A stretch of DNA of 64,000 nucleotides from an uncultured Verrucomicrobiae bacterium (GCA_963812605.1 CAWEWF010000001.1:608001-672000); one strand, 5' to 3'. Positions 1 through 11,428 are shown, counted from the first letter of the stretch. The notes: a model not told the origin generated them from the sequence alone. Made by a program: numbers and translations.

Positions 1-141
1 CGAGGCCGTTTCTTGAGGATCATCGAGGAGGTTAATGGTCGCCGTGACGCCATCATCATCCCCCTGACGGGACTCGAAGATTTCCGCGATCAGCTGAACG
101 AGATCATTAAGTTCAGCAAAACTCTCACTCCACAGCCTTAG
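1..141 (+). CDS. PUR-repeat (PurA-like) ssDNA/RNA-binding protein, 3' fragment
   Basis: Frame 1 from the window edge reads RGRFLRIIEEVNGRRDAIIIPLTGLEDFRDQLNEIIKFSKTLTPQP* (stop TAG 139-141). RGRFLRI.E...RR..IIIP..GL..F matches the PUR-repeat pattern. Not in the ORF track. Confidence 0.7.
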   Translation, partial: RGRFLRIIEEVNGRRDAIIIPLTGLEDFRDQLNEIIKFSKTLTPQP

Positions 142-217
142 GCATCCGGCGCTTGCAGTGGACGGCGGGCGGGCAACCGCAGCACGCCCTTACAAGCCAG
201 GATCTCCTGAGGTTTCG

Positions 218-1126
218 CTATGGCTTCCTGTGCTCATCGATCCGGTCAATCGCTTTCTGCGCCAGCGCTCTCACCGCGGGATCAGGATCCATGAGAAAAA
301 TGGCAAGCGCATTGGTGCCTTCGGCAAGACCGCATTCGCCGAGGGCGGCCGCCGCCCGGCGTCGGACCTCGACGTCGTTATTCTTGACGGCGTTGCCCAG
401 TGGCGCCAACGCCGCCGGGTCGTGAAGCCTGGCCAGCGCCACCGCGATCCCAAATTGGTGCGCTGGCGGCGTCGCTGCCAGCGCGCGCAGGAGCAGCGGA
501 TGAGACGACGGCGTGGCCAGATCGTAGAGGGCGCTGGTGGCGCTGTAGCGCACGTAGCCGTCCATGTCCGGTAGCAATTGAACCAACCAACCGATGGCGC
601 GCGCGTCACCCATCTTGCCGAGCGCGATGGCCGCCTCCGCGCGCACGAACCAATTGTCGTCGGACAGCAGTCGAAACAAAGGCTTGAGCGCCGCCGGGTT
701 GCCGAGTTGTCCCAGAGCGTGCGCGCAATCGCGGCGAACCTCGGGATCGCTGTCTTCGAGAGCACGGACAATCTCACGGAAATCGCCCGCGTTGGGCTGG
801 TCGGCAATCAGCTTGGCTGCGTTCTCACGAACGATCCGGTCGCGATGGCGCAGCAATTCGGCCGTGAGCGATTTGCCGGCGGGGACTTGTTGCAACGCCT
901 GCGCCGCCAGATCGGGTTTCTCGGCGCGAAGCAGCACGACCACGCGCATACGCAAAAGCGCCGCGGAATCAGGGTGTTTTTGGAGATAGGCCTCGACCGT
1001 GTCCGAGGCGGCACGCACCTGGCCGTCGTCCAGCAACTTGTTGGCCTGGTTGAGCGCAGCCTGTTCGGGAGTTCGCGCGCAACCGGCAAGCAGAAGAACG
1101 GACATCAACAGAGCGATGCGTAACAT
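218..1126 (-). CDS. HEAT-repeat lipoprotein with N-terminal TPR-like helices
   Basis: Lipobox LLLAGC after MLRIALL; repeated D.D..VR..AA.ALG HEAT/PBS units. Confidence 0.85.
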   Translation of the reverse strand: MLRIALLMSVLLLAGCARTPEQAALNQANKLLDDGQVRAASDTVEAYLQKHPDSAALLRMRVVVLLRAEKPDLAAQALQQVPAGKSLTAELLRHRDRIVRENAAKLIADQPNAGDFREIVRALEDSDPEVRRDCAHALGQLGNPAALKPLFRLLSDDNWFVRAEAAIALGKMGDARAIGWLVQLLPDMDGYVRYSATSALYDLATPSSHPLLLRALAATPPAHQFGIAVALARLHDPAALAPLGNAVKNNDVEVRRRAAAALGECGLAEGTNALAIFLMDPDPAVRALAQKAIDRIDEHRKP

Positions 1127-1249
1127 GATGAGTAACTGACGGACCGATCCCACTGTAGCCGGTGATTATCACTGACCTACGCCTTGTATCTTTGTCTTTG
1201 GCAGCGAAGTGGTCAAGAGGGAAACAAAGGCAATCACAGGGCTTCGGGG

Positions 1250-1278
1250 TTGACACCCTTTCGGGTGGCCCGTAGAGT
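1250..1278 (+). promoter_or_regulatory. sigma70-type promoter, near-leaderless, for the prenyl synthase
   Basis: TTGACA (1250-1255), 17 nt, TAGAGT (1273-1278); ATG follows 9 nt later. Confidence 0.6.
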
Positions 1279-1287
1279 AACAATACT

Positions 1288-2334
1288 ATGCTGGCGTCGA
1301 CATTGCGTGCTGGAGCTTCTCTCACGGCAGATTCTGGCGGCAATCTTCTGGAACTGTTGGAACCGATTGCGGCTGAATTGCCTCGGGTTGAAGTCGCTTT
1401 GGCGAACCAAGTCAGCGGTTTTGATTCGCGCTTGGGCGAGCAGATTCACTACATCCTGGGGGGCACAGGCAAGCGTCTGCGTCCGAGTCTCGCACTTTTG
1501 GCTGGGGGGACAACGGGGGGGGTTACCGAACAGCACATTACCCTGGCGGTAATCGTCGAACTGATCCACGTTGCCACATTGGTGCATGACGACGTTTTGG
1601 ATGAAGCCGACCTAAGGCATCGTATTCCAACCTCTAACTCGCGGTGGGGCAATGAGATAAGTGTTTTGCTTGGCGATTGCCTGTTCGCCCATGCGCTGCG
1701 CCTGGCTGCAAGTTACCCAACCACAGAGGTCTGCCGCAGGGTCAGCGAAGCGACGAATACCGTGTGTTCCGGCGAGATAGTCCAGACGCAACACCGTTTT
1801 GACCTGGATTTGACCCTCGAACAGTACCTGGACATCATCAATATGAAGACGGGGGCCCTTTTCGCGGTCAGTTGCGAATTGGGCGCTTTTTTGAACGGTG
1901 CGCCCTCCGCCATCGTCAAACGTATGAATGAATTCGGAACCAATTTGGGGATTGCCTACCAGATTTACGACGATTGTGTGGATATTTTTGGACAAGAGCG
2001 GCAAGCGGGGAAATCCCTTGGAACGGACATGAAAAAGGGCAAGCTCACACTTCCATTTCTCTTGCTCCTGCAGCACGTCAGTTCCGAGAATCGCCAGGAA
2101 CTGGGAGCGATGATTCTTCGCCACGGCCAGCAGGAGCAGCAGGATTTGCTCCGGCTCGTGCTGGGCAACGGCGTGGTGGGCGAGTCGCTCGCGACGATTG
2201 ACAGCTACATTTCCCGCGCTCGGACGAATCTCGCGGCGTTGCCGCCGAATGTTTACACCAGGACGTTGGCGGCCCTCACCGATTATCTTTGGGGACAAAG
2301 CCGGTCGCTTCTCAAGGAAGCTGCCGCTACGTAA
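1288..2334 (+). CDS. ispB: Polyprenyl diphosphate synthase (octa/heptaprenyl type)
   Basis: GKRLRP, ELIHVATLVHDDVLD (FARM), KTGALF and YQIYDDCVD (SARM) motifs. Confidence 0.9.
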   Translation: MLASTLRAGASLTADSGGNLLELLEPIAAELPRVEVALANQVSGFDSRLGEQIHYILGGTGKRLRPSLALLAGGTTGGVTEQHITLAVIVELIHVATLVHDDVLDEADLRHRIPTSNSRWGNEISVLLGDCLFAHALRLAASYPTTEVCRRVSEATNTVCSGEIVQTQHRFDLDLTLEQYLDIINMKTGALFAVSCELGAFLNGAPSAIVKRMNEFGTNLGIAYQIYDDCVDIFGQERQAGKSLGTDMKKGKLTLPFLLLLQHVSSENRQELGAMILRHGQQEQQDLLRLVLGNGVVGESLATIDSYISRARTNLAALPPNVYTRTLAALTDYLWGQSRSLLKEAAAT

Positions 2335-2364
2335 CAGATTATTGATTACCGGGCCCAAGGGACA

Positions 2365-3039
2365 TTGATTGTGATCACTGCGAAACTAAAAGAAAAACTC
2401 GGATTCCGCGGGGTCTCGCCGCGCTCGACGAGCACGCCCGCGCCCGCCGCGGAGCGCGAGATCGATTTGCGACATGAAGAAGATGAGGCGCTCGTGCGCC
2501 GCAGCCAGAAGGGCGAGAGCGCCGCGTTCGACGTCCTGGTCGAGCGCTATAAGGAGCGGCTCTACGCCACCGTTTACCACATGACTTCCAACCACGAGGA
2601 CGCCAACGATCTCGTGCAGGAAACCTTCATCAAGGCGTACAAAAGCCTCCAGAGTTTTCGCGGCCAATCCAGTTTCTACACCTGGGTTTATCGCATCGCC
2701 GTGAACCGCACGATCAACTTCGTCAAGCGCCGCAAGAACCGCAACCAATACAGCCTCGACGACCTGGACAGTTCAATCCAGTCTGATCCGGACCTGGTGG
2801 AGATGCAGTCTCATGCCACGCCCCGGCGCGAGGTCGGATTGAACGAGCTTCAGCAAAAGCTGAACGAAGCGCTGCAAAAACTGTCGGAATCGCATCGGGC
2901 GGTGGTGACCCTGCACGACATCCAGGGCATGACGCACGCGGACATTGCGAAAGTGGTGGGATGCTCGGAAGGCACTGTGCGGTCGCGGCTTTTCTACGCG
3001 CGACAACAGTTGCAAGGATTGCTCAGCGAATATTTGTAG
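2365..3039 (+). CDS. ECF sigma factor (RpoE/SigW-like)
   Basis: DANDLVQETFIKAY, SSFYTWVYRIAVN (region 2), HADIAKVVGCSEGTVRSRLFYAR (region 4); start uncertain. Confidence 0.92.
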   Translation: MIVITAKLKEKLGFRGVSPRSTSTPAPAAEREIDLRHEEDEALVRRSQKGESAAFDVLVERYKERLYATVYHMTSNHEDANDLVQETFIKAYKSLQSFRGQSSFYTWVYRIAVNRTINFVKRRKNRNQYSLDDLDSSIQSDPDLVEMQSHATPRREVGLNELQQKLNEALQKLSESHRAVVTLHDIQGMTHADIAKVVGCSEGTVRSRLFYARQQLQGLLSEYL

Positions 3040-3045
3040 ACCGTC

Positions 3046-3702
3046 ATGGATTGCCAAAAGACACAACAGTTGTTCGATGATCTCGCGCACGAGCGGCTCG
3101 CGCCGGCGACCGCCGCGCAGGTGCGCCAGCACCTGGCCGATTGCACCGACTGCCGGGTGGTGGAACAACGCACCAGTCGCCTGCAGCGGTTGCTCGCGCT
3201 CAAGCGCCATGAGCGGCCGACACCGGAGTATTTCGACAATTTCCTTTCCGAATTTCATGGGCGGGTCTTGGCCGAAGCGCGAAAAATCGGCTGGTGGGAA
3301 AGAACGCTGGGACGCGTGGACGATTTTCTGGCGGTCGAATCGATGCGCGTGTGGCGTTTCAGCTTCACCAACGCGCTGGGCGTGGCGGCGGCTGTGGGCC
3401 TGGCGTGGATGGGCTTGCGCCAGACGGGTGATCCCGTGATTGCCGCGATGGACCAGACGACCACCGCCAACTCCTCGCTGGCCGCTGCCGAGACAATGCT
3501 TCCCCCGCCGCATTCCACGCCCCAAACGATCGTCGCATCGCTCCCGTTGTCGGCGGCTTCGGCGGATTACCCGTCGGCGTCGGCAGGCAATGTGGTTTTG
3601 GTTCCGGCCCAGGCACACACGGATTCTTCGACGCCGCGTTACATGCTGGATCGCATCCCGGTCACACCGGCCAGTTATGACGTACCGAGCGTCCATTTCT
3701 AA
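3046..3702 (+). CDS. Zinc-finger (zf-HC2) transmembrane anti-sigma factor
   Basis: MDC...HLADCTDC (HxxxCxxC) motif, one TM segment, directly downstream of the ECF sigma. Confidence 0.85.
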   Translation: MDCQKTQQLFDDLAHERLAPATAAQVRQHLADCTDCRVVEQRTSRLQRLLALKRHERPTPEYFDNFLSEFHGRVLAEARKIGWWERTLGRVDDFLAVESMRVWRFSFTNALGVAAAVGLAWMGLRQTGDPVIAAMDQTTTANSSLAAAETMLPPPHSTPQTIVASLPLSAASADYPSASAGNVVLVPAQAHTDSSTPRYMLDRIPVTPASYDVPSVHF

Positions 3703-4786
3703 GTGGCGGTACATCCCCGGTATCGCATTCCTCGTTATCGCCGCCACGACAGCGGCCTTCGCGGCCGGGTTGCTGGAAACCATTGACCAGGAAGTCAGCT
3801 CGATTTACGAGAAGTCCAGGGACACTGTCGTCAAGGTCCATGCCCAACGCCAACTTCAAATCGGCAATCTACCGTTCAGTTCCTCACATCGTGTGGGCAC
3901 GGGTTTTTTCATCGACACGGACGGCCATCTGCTGACCGCCGCCACGGTGGTGGAAGACGCGGACAGTTGCTGGATCGAGTGGCGCGGCCAGAAGATCGAC
4001 GCGCGCGTCATCGGACGTGATCCACAAACAAACCTTGCCCTGTTGAAGATCAATCCGGCCCCCGGCAACCCGACGCCCTTCCTGCCGCAAGGGAATTCGG
4101 ATGAACTGCGCGTCGGGTCGATGATCATCACCATTGGATTTCCCTACGACCTGCCGAGCGCACCGGTGGTGGGCTTCGTCAACGGGATCGACATTCACTG
4201 CGGTAATCACGTCTTCGCTACCAGCCACATTCGCGCCGGATGCCGGCTGAGCCCGGGACAGGGGGGCGGCCCGATGCTGAACGCGCGCGGGGAAGTCATT
4301 GGTGTCGCCGTTGCCGCGCACGCGGATGACCAATGCTATGGCTTGCCGATCAACGCCGCGCACAAAATCTGGACGGACATCCTGCAATTTGGCCGGCCGC
4401 AATACACCTGGGTGGGTCTTGGCGTTTCGGAGAGGCAATTGGCCGTCAACCCGACAGTTTCCAATCAATGGCAGGTATTCGTCCAGCAGATTTATTCGAA
4501 TACGCCGGCGGCGGCGGCGGGTTTCCGCAATGGCGACACGCTGGTGAGTATCACGAGCAATGAAGTGCATCGCTCGGCGGACGTTCTCAATACGATGTTC
4601 TGCCACCGCGTTGGCGACACTGTCGAGTTCGTCGTGCTGCGAGATGGGCAGGAGCAGAAACTCCTGCTGGTGGTCGCCGCGCGTCCTCCCCAAGAGTCGT
4701 TCGGGACCCAGGCTACGCTGCCACCCGGGCCGTTTACGCCCCCAGGCCAGTCGCTGACCCTTGTCCCGGCGTCACAAGAGCACTAA
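3677..4786 (+). CDS. HtrA/DegP-like trypsin+PDZ protein with substituted catalytic triad
   Basis: Signal/TM segment, then VGTGFFID...LLTAATVV, DPQTNLALLK, LSPGQGGGPMLN and a C-terminal PDZ (WVGLGV...TPAAAAGFRNGD). Start taken at ATG 3677. Confidence 0.85.
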   Translation: MTYRASISKWRYIPGIAFLVIAATTAAFAAGLLETIDQEVSSIYEKSRDTVVKVHAQRQLQIGNLPFSSSHRVGTGFFIDTDGHLLTAATVVEDADSCWIEWRGQKIDARVIGRDPQTNLALLKINPAPGNPTPFLPQGNSDELRVGSMIITIGFPYDLPSAPVVGFVNGIDIHCGNHVFATSHIRAGCRLSPGQGGGPMLNARGEVIGVAVAAHADDQCYGLPINAAHKIWTDILQFGRPQYTWVGLGVSERQLAVNPTVSNQWQVFVQQIYSNTPAAAAGFRNGDTLVSITSNEVHRSADVLNTMFCHRVGDTVEFVVLRDGQEQKLLLVVAARPPQESFGTQATLPPGPFTPPGQSLTLVPASQEH

Positions 4787-4998
4787 CCCGGCTGCTACGA
4801 TTTCCGGAACGGGTTAGTATCCTGCGGCATTGCCGCGCGCGCGAATTCCTTGGCTTCGGACCAACTCGGCGGTAATGTTCCGGTAATCCTGATTCTGCGA
4901 GCATTGAAACGGTTTTGGCTCCCCGTGCGTCCGTGTTCATGGATAATGTGGGCAACCACGTTTGGCAATCTCGCGGAGGGAGTGCGGGCTACGATTTC

Positions 4999-6324
4999 AT
5001 GCAACGCTTTTTTAAAGCACCCGTTGTTACGATACTTCTGGCCGCAGTGGCCGGCGGAGCCGGCGTCTGGCGGTGGCACGAGCGAAATGGGCACAAATGG
5101 CTGTTCCGCTCGGCGCTGGTGAATCGTGGCGACCTCGTGGCCACCATCAACGCCACGGGAACGATTGAACCGGTGGAGGTCGTGGACATCGGCGCGCAGG
5201 TGGCTGGTCTGGTCACTTCCTTTGGCCAGGATACCGATGGCAAAACGATTGATTATGGCTCCATCGTTGAGGAGGGAGCCACTCTGGCAAAGATCGACGA
5301 GTCGGTGTATGTCGCCGATCTTGCCGTGTCCAAGGCGCAATTGGAGGAAGACAAAGCCGGCGAAGCGAGCGCCGCCGCCAATGTCGAAGAGATGAAGGCC
5401 AAGCTCGTCCAGGCCGACGCCGACTGGAAAAGGACGCAGGACCTCGTCCATTCCCAGTTGCTGCCGCTTTCAACGTATGATTCCACCAAGGCCAACTACG
5501 AGGTCGCCAAGGCGAGCGTCGCTGTCGCGGAAGCGGCCCTGGCCCAGGCCAGGGCGACCACGCTGCAGGCCGAAGCGCTGCTCAGCAAGGCGCAGCGGAA
5601 CGTGGATTTCTGCACGATCAAGTCACCCGTCAAAGGGGTCATCATCGACCGCCGCGTGAATATCGGACAAACCGTGGTGTCCAGTCTCAATGCGCCCAGC
5701 CTGTTTTTGATTGCGAGGGATTTGACGAAGATGCAGATCTGGGTCGCGGTGAACGAAGCCGATGTCGGCCGCATCACTCCCGGCGCGCCCGTGACGTTTG
5801 CCTGCGATGCGTTTCCGGGAAGAGAATTCAGCGGGACCGTTGGCAAGGTCCGCCTTAACGCGACCATGACACAAAACGTCGTGATGTACACCGTGGAGGT
5901 CAATACGGAGAATCCCGAGAGCATTTTGCTGCCGTACCTGACCGCCAATGTCCGTTTCGTGGTGCGAAAGGAGTCCGATGCGCTTCTGGTTCCCAACGCT
6001 GCGTTGCGATGGTCCCCGTCTTCGTTATCCGAGATCGCGCCCGAGGCCCGCTCGTGGAAACCGACGGACACGACGGAGGGAAGTGGTTCCGGCAGCGGGC
6101 CCAAGCAGAAGCAAGGCTCGAAGAAACATTTTGGCGTCGTCTGGTTGAAAGCCGGCGAGGTTGTTCGACCTCTCGAAGTGGAGCTCGGACCTTCGGACGG
6201 CGCCAGCACGGCCATTATTTCCGATAATCTGCGAGAGGGGCAGGAAATCGTGACGGGGGAGACCACGGAGATCGCCCAGGCCGGCATCCAAAATCCCTTT
6301 CTCCCACAAATCCGCAGGCGTTGA
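4999..6324 (+). CDS. MacA/HlyD-family periplasmic adaptor
   Basis: [15 protein letters not shown]...[42 protein letters not shown]. Confidence 0.9.
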   Translation: MQRFFKAPVVTILLAAVAGGAGVWRWHERNGHKWLFRSALVNRGDLVATINATGTIEPVEVVDIGAQVAGLVTSFGQDTDGKTIDYGSIVEEGATLAKIDESVYVADLAVSKAQLEEDKAGEASAAANVEEMKAKLVQADADWKRTQDLVHSQLLPLSTYDSTKANYEVAKASVAVAEAALAQARATTLQAEALLSKAQRNVDFCTIKSPVKGVIIDRRVNIGQTVVSSLNAPSLFLIARDLTKMQIWVAVNEADVGRITPGAPVTFACDAFPGREFSGTVGKVRLNATMTQNVVMYTVEVNTENPESILLPYLTANVRFVVRKESDALLVPNAALRWSPSSLSEIAPEARSWKPTDTTEGSGSGSGPKQKQGSKKHFGVVWLKAGEVVRPLEVELGPSDGASTAIISDNLREGQEIVTGETTEIAQAGIQNPFLPQIRRR

Positions 6325-6334
6325 ACGAACGGAG

Positions 6335-7714
6335 GTGAAACCTGTTGTGAAGAATGCTTACCGAATCCTGCGAATGGCCCTTCGCGCGCTGCGCCGGAAT
6401 GTCATGCGATCGGTGCTGACCTGTTTGGGGATCATTATCGGCATCGCCGCCGTCATCGCCATGATGGAAATCGGACGGGGTTCTTCCTACTCGATTGAAC
6501 AGACCATTGCCAGCCTCGGGGCCAACGTCATCCAGGTCGATCCCAATGACGCCGTGATCGGTGGAGTGAGCTCGGGAGGCGGCGGGCGGGTGACGCTCAC
6601 CCCGGCGGACGCGGAAGCGATCGTCCGGGATTGCAGTGCCGTTCGCTGGGTCGCGCCCAGCGTGGATTGCCGCGCGCAAATTGTTTACGGCAACCACAAC
6701 TGGTTTCCCAACAACGTCCTCGGCACCACCCCGGATTATCTGGTGATCCGCAAGTGGGATCTTTCCGCGGGCGAGCCATTTACCTATGACGACGTTCGCA
6801 ACGCCGCCGCGGTGTGCATCATCGGGCAAACAATTGTCCGTCAATTGTTCGGCGACGAGCCGCCGCTCGGCAAAGTGATCCGCATCAAGAATGTCGCGAC
6901 AAAAGTGGTCGGCGTCCTCAGTCGGAAAGGGGCGAACATGATGGGAAGGGACCAGGACGATTTTATTGTGGCTCCCTGGACCACCATCAAATTCCGGGTG
7001 ACTGGTTCGAGGCAGTCGGTCCAGGCGGCCGCGGCCTCGCCGGCCTCCACGTCCGTCAATACGCTCAGCCAGCTTTATCCGAATCAGCAGACGCAATTGT
7101 ATCCGCAGCAATCCGCGATTCAAGCGGCGGACACGTTGCAAATGACGCGGTTCTCCGACCTTGACGACATTTGGATATCGGCGGCGACCGCGCAGGAAAT
7201 CCCGGTGGCGATAAGCCAAATCACCGGTCTGATGCGGGACCGACATCGAATCCAGTCCGGAACACCGGATGACTTCCGGATTCGCGACCTGACCGAACTT
7301 TCCCAGGCGTTGGCGTCCACCAGCCGGGTCATGACCAATTTGCTCTTGATCGTGGCGCTGATTTCACTGGTGGTGGGAGGGGTCGGCATCATGAATATCA
7401 TGCTGGTGTCAGTGACCGAACGGACGCGCGAGATCGGGATCCGCATGGCCGTGGGAGGGCGCGCGCGCGATATCCTGAGACAATTTCTGGTCGAGGCGGT
7501 CGTGCTTTGCGTTGCCGGCGGTATCGTCGGGATTCTGTTGGGTCGCGGGGTATCGGTCGCGGTGACCGCATTCCTCCACTGGCCGACCATGCCCTCGGTG
7601 CCCGCGATCATCGCCGCCGTTGCGGTATCGATGACCGTCGGCATTGTGTTCGGCTTTTATCCGGCCTGGAAAGCATCGCGCCTCGACCCGATTGAGGCCC
7701 TGCGCTACGAATAA
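6335..7714 (+). CDS. MacB/FtsX-family ABC permease (no ATPase domain)
   Basis: [64 protein letters not shown]. Confidence 0.92.
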   Translation: MKPVVKNAYRILRMALRALRRNVMRSVLTCLGIIIGIAAVIAMMEIGRGSSYSIEQTIASLGANVIQVDPNDAVIGGVSSGGGGRVTLTPADAEAIVRDCSAVRWVAPSVDCRAQIVYGNHNWFPNNVLGTTPDYLVIRKWDLSAGEPFTYDDVRNAAAVCIIGQTIVRQLFGDEPPLGKVIRIKNVATKVVGVLSRKGANMMGRDQDDFIVAPWTTIKFRVTGSRQSVQAAAASPASTSVNTLSQLYPNQQTQLYPQQSAIQAADTLQMTRFSDLDDIWISAATAQEIPVAISQITGLMRDRHRIQSGTPDDFRIRDLTELSQALASTSRVMTNLLLIVALISLVVGGVGIMNIMLVSVTERTREIGIRMAVGGRARDILRQFLVEAVVLCVAGGIVGILLGRGVSVAVTAFLHWPTMPSVPAIIAAVAVSMTVGIVFGFYPAWKASRLDPIEALRYE

Positions 7715-7750
7715 TCGGCGCCGGCGTGTTGGCTAAACAAAAGAGATTGC

Positions 7751-8709
7751 CTACTTCTTCCCAAGTTTTGCGCGCACATCGTCGAGCTGTCCGGCGGAGC
7801 CGAGCGCCTGGTTCTTGTGCGCGATCATCTTGGCGTACTCTTCGATGTAAATCTTGCCCGGATCACGGAGGTCGAATTTGTCGGGATGGTCGCGGAAGAA
7901 CTCGCGATGCACGCGCGTCCAAACGAGGCGGCCGTCGGTGTCGATGTTGACCTTGCAGACGCCGAGCTTGGCGGCCGGGAGGAAATCTCCCTCGGGTACG
8001 CCGCTGGTCTCTTCCATCTTGCCGCCCGCCTTGTTGATGCGATCCACTTCGTCCTTCGGCACGCTCGAGCTGCCGTGCATGACCATCGGGAACACCGGGG
8101 AGCAACTTCTGGATCTTTTCGATGACGTCAAAATGCAGGCCGAATTTCTTGCCGGGTTCGGCCTTGAACTTGTAAGCGCCATGGCTGGTGCCGATGGCCA
8201 CGGCGAGGGAATCGCACTTCGTCGTCTCGACAAAGGTCTTCGCTTCGTCGGGGTTGGTGAGGGAGACGTGGCCGACGATGTCTTCCTCGACGCCGCCCAG
8301 CATGCCCAGTTCCGCTTCGACCGACACGCCGCGGGCGTGTGCCTTGTCCACGACGCGTTTGGTGATTTCGGCGTTTTTATCGAAGGGTTCGTGACTGGCA
8401 TCAATCATCACCGAGCTGTAGAAGCCGGACGCGATGCAGTCGTAACAGGTCGGCTCGTCGCCGTGGTCGAGATGGACCGCAAAAATCGCCTCCGGGAAGA
8501 CTTCCTGGGAGGTGCGGATCATCGCTTCGAGATAGCGTTTGTCGGTGTATTTCCGCGCGCCCGCGGCTGAGTTGGATGATGAAGGGCGCCTTGCTCTGGA
8601 CATTGCCCTGGAACAGGCCGACGGTTTGTTCCAAATTATTGATGTTGTAAGCGCCGAGGGCATATTTGCCGTAGGCGATCTTGAACAGTTGTGCGGTGGT
8701 GACGATCAT
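7751..8709 (-). CDS. fba: Class II fructose-1,6-bisphosphate aldolase, split by two frameshifts (~8560, ~8093)
   Basis: Three consecutive frames give GAYNINNLE, HLDHG, SSVMIDAS, EAELG, AIGTSHGAYK, VMHGSS, KVNIDTDGR. Confidence 0.9.
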
Positions 8710-8761
8710 TGCAAATTCTCCTTATAAAACAACAAGTGCGCCTGGCGTGCTCGCCACTGGG

Positions 8762-8790
8762 ACAGTAGCGAACACGCGCCCGCGCGTCAA
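8762..8790 (-). promoter_or_regulatory. sigma70-type promoter for fba
   Basis: Minus strand TTGACG, 17 nt, TACTGT upstream of an AGGAG RBS. Confidence 0.55.
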
Positions 8791-8805
8791 ACTTGATTTC
8801 CGTTG

Positions 8806-9150
8806 TTACTCGGCGGCCTCGAACAGGTCAAACTGATTGCCGTCGGGGTCCAGGACAGTGATGAGTTTGCCGAAGGGCTCGTCCTTGACGTCACCGCTGA
8901 ATTCCACGCCGCGTTCCTTGAGCGTGGCCACGGTGGCATTGATGTCATCGACCAGCAGGCTCAGGAACGGATTGCGGGCGCCGCCGGCCGGCTCGGCTTG
9001 CATCAGGCCGAGATGGACGGCGTTGAGATCGACCTCCGCCCAATTCGCTTCGCGATAGGCGATCTTCAAGCCAAGTTTCTTCTCGAAGAAGTCGCAGGAG
9101 CGATTGATGTCGGAGACTTTGAAAACGATAGTGGCAATGCCTTTAATCAT
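8806..9150 (-). CDS. VOC/glyoxalase-family protein
   Basis: VSDINRSCDFFEKKLGL...VDDINATVATLKERGV...DPDGN pattern. Confidence 0.88.
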   Translation of the reverse strand: MIKGIATIVFKVSDINRSCDFFEKKLGLKIAYREANWAEVDLNAVHLGLMQAEPAGGARNPFLSLLVDDINATVATLKERGVEFSGDVKDEPFGKLITVLDPDGNQFDLFEAAE

Positions 9151-9159
9151 TTGGATTCC

Positions 9160-11379
9160 TTAGTAGGGTAGGGGGAACTTCGCGGTTATGGCCCGGACTT
9201 TTTCCTTTACGTTGGCCTGGACGGTTGCATCGTCGGGTTTTTCCAGCACTTCGGTGATGAGCGCGGCGATTTGCTCCATCTCGATTTCCTTCATCCCGCG
9301 GGTGGTAACGGCCGGCGTGCCGAGACGGATGCCGCTGGTGACCAGCGGTTTTTCGGGATCGTAGGGGATGAGGTTTTTGTTCGTGGTGATCCCGGCGCGA
9401 TCGAGTGATTCCTGGGCGATCTTGCCCGTGAGTTTCTTCGGGCGCAGGTCCACGAGCATCAAATGGTTGTCGGTCCCGCCACTGACAATGCGGAAACCGA
9501 GCGTCGCCAGGGCCGCCGCGAGGGACTTCGCGTTCTTCACGATCTGCCGCTGGTAATCCTGGAAATCGGGTTTCATCGCTTCGAGGAAACAGACGGCCTT
9601 GGCGGCGATGATGTGCATGAGCGGGCCGCCCTGGATGCCGGGGAGGACCCAACTGTCGATGTCCTTGGCGTATTTTGCCTTGCAGAGGATCAAGCCCGCC
9701 CGTGGCCCGCGCAGGGTCTTGTGGGTCGTGGTGGTGACGAAATCAGCGAGCGGCACCGGGCTGGGATGGATCCCGGCGGCGACCAGGCCCGCGATGTGGG
9801 CCATGTCGACGAACAGCAACGCGCCGACGCTATCGGCAATCTCGCGCATCCGCTTGAAATCGATGATGCGCGAATAGGCGCTGGCGCCGGCGGTGATCAT
9901 TTTCGGACGACAATCCTGCGCGAGTTTCGCGAGTTGATCGTAGTCGATGGTTTCATTGTCCTGGCGCACGCCGTAGTGGACAACTTTGTAAAAGCGCCCG
10001 GAAAAGTTGCGCGGCGAACCGTGCGTGAGATGGCCGCCGTGGGCGAGTTCCATCGTCAGGATCGTGTCGCCGTGCTGGAGCGAGGCGAAATACACGGCCA
10101 TGTTCGCCTGCGAACCCGAGTGCGGCTGGACGTTGGCATGTTCGGCCCCGAAAAGTTGTTTGGCGCGGTCGATGGCGAGTTGCTCGGCAATGTCCACGTA
10201 TTCACAGCCGCCATAATAGCGGCGGCCGGGATAACCTTCCGCGTATTTATTCGTCAGTACCGTACCGGCGGCTTCGAGGATGGCCGGCGAGACGAAATTC
10301 TCGCTGGCAATCAATTCGATATTTTCCTGCTGCCGTTGTTTCTCGCGCTGGACGGCATTGAAAATTTCGGGATCGGCCACGGCGAGCGCGGAATTTTTTT
10401 TCGCGGGCAGGGAGGTTGGGTTCATGATGGGTGGATGGTCCATTTCGTCAACGCGGCGCGCGTGGCGGCCGCCATCAAAGCTTGTGTGCAGCCAGACATC
10501 CAGGAGTTGTTTGGCCTGCTCGGCATCGAGATCGATCCCGGACAGCACGAGGACATTGGCATCGTTGTGCTCGCGGCTGAGGCGGGCCCAATGCTCGTTG
10601 CTGACCATGGCGGCGCGCACGCCGGGAAAACGGTTGGCGGCAATGCTCATGCCGATGCCACTCTTGCAGATCAACACGCCGCGGTCGAAATTGCCGGCGA
10701 GCAGTTCGCGCGCGACGATAAACGCGTATTCGGGGTAATCGACAGGGTCGGTGGTGTGCGTGCCGAAATCCGCGAACACATACCCTTGTTGCGCTAGCCA
10801 GTCTTTCAAGGCGGCTTTGATCTCGACGCCGCCGTGGTCGCCGGCCAGGGCGATGCGCAGGGCGCGCGCCTCATCGCTCGTGGCGGCGGTGACTTCCCGG
10901 GTCGCCTGGCCGGTCGTGCCGGCGGTCTGCTCGATAAAGACGATCAGGCTCGGCAACGCGTCGCGGATTTGGTCGCGGGTGCGACGGTACACGTCGATCG
11001 ATTGGCCAATCGGGTCGGCAATGTCCTTGTTCTCGGTCGTGCGCAATTCCTCGAATTCCCGGACGAGAAACGTTTTCTCGGCCGCCCCGGGATGGAGCGC
11101 CTGGATCGCATCGTAGTGCTGGCGGGTCATGGTCAGGATAAAATCGGCCTGGCGCACGAGTTCACTGCCGAGGGGTTGGCTGACATGCGAGGAAATGTCG
11201 ATCCCGAGTTCCGCCATCACGTCGATGGCCGCATCCGTGGCCGCCATGCCTTCCAGCGCGCCCAAACCGGCCGAAGCGACCTGGATATCGGTGTGGCCGC
11301 GCAACATGTGCCGGAGCAAGCCCTCCGCCATGGGGCTGCGGCAAACATTACCGGTGCAAACGAAGAGAATCTTCTTCAT
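9160..11379 (-). CDS. glyA: Triple fusion: LMW protein phosphatase + RpiB + serine hydroxymethyltransferase
   Basis: CTGNVCRS and DIADPIG (LMW-PTP); [32 protein letters not shown] (RpiB); [34 protein letters not shown] (SHMT), all in one 739-aa frame. Confidence 0.93.
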   Translation of the reverse strand: MKKILFVCTGNVCRSPMAEGLLRHMLRGHTDIQVASAGLGALEGMAATDAAIDVMAELGIDISSHVSQPLGSELVRQADFILTMTRQHYDAIQALHPGAAEKTFLVREFEELRTTENKDIADPIGQSIDVYRRTRDQIRDALPSLIVFIEQTAGTTGQATREVTAATSDEARALRIALAGDHGGVEIKAALKDWLAQQGYVFADFGTHTTDPVDYPEYAFIVARELLAGNFDRGVLICKSGIGMSIAANRFPGVRAAMVSNEHWARLSREHNDANVLVLSGIDLDAEQAKQLLDVWLHTSFDGGRHARRVDEMDHPPIMNPTSLPAKKNSALAVADPEIFNAVQREKQRQQENIELIASENFVSPAILEAAGTVLTNKYAEGYPGRRYYGGCEYVDIAEQLAIDRAKQLFGAEHANVQPHSGSQANMAVYFASLQHGDTILTMELAHGGHLTHGSPRNFSGRFYKVVHYGVRQDNETIDYDQLAKLAQDCRPKMITAGASAYSRIIDFKRMREIADSVGALLFVDMAHIAGLVAAGIHPSPVPLADFVTTTTHKTLRGPRAGLILCKAKYAKDIDSWVLPGIQGGPLMHIIAAKAVCFLEAMKPDFQDYQRQIVKNAKSLAAALATLGFRIVSGGTDNHLMLVDLRPKKLTGKIAQESLDRAGITTNKNLIPYDPEKPLVTSGIRLGTPAVTTRGMKEIEMEQIAALITEVLEKPDDATVQANVKEKVRAITAKFPLPY

Positions 11380-11428
11380 GGATTTTGTTGGCCTGCCAGG
11401 CAGGCTGGCCGGGTCGTTTCGACGGGTC

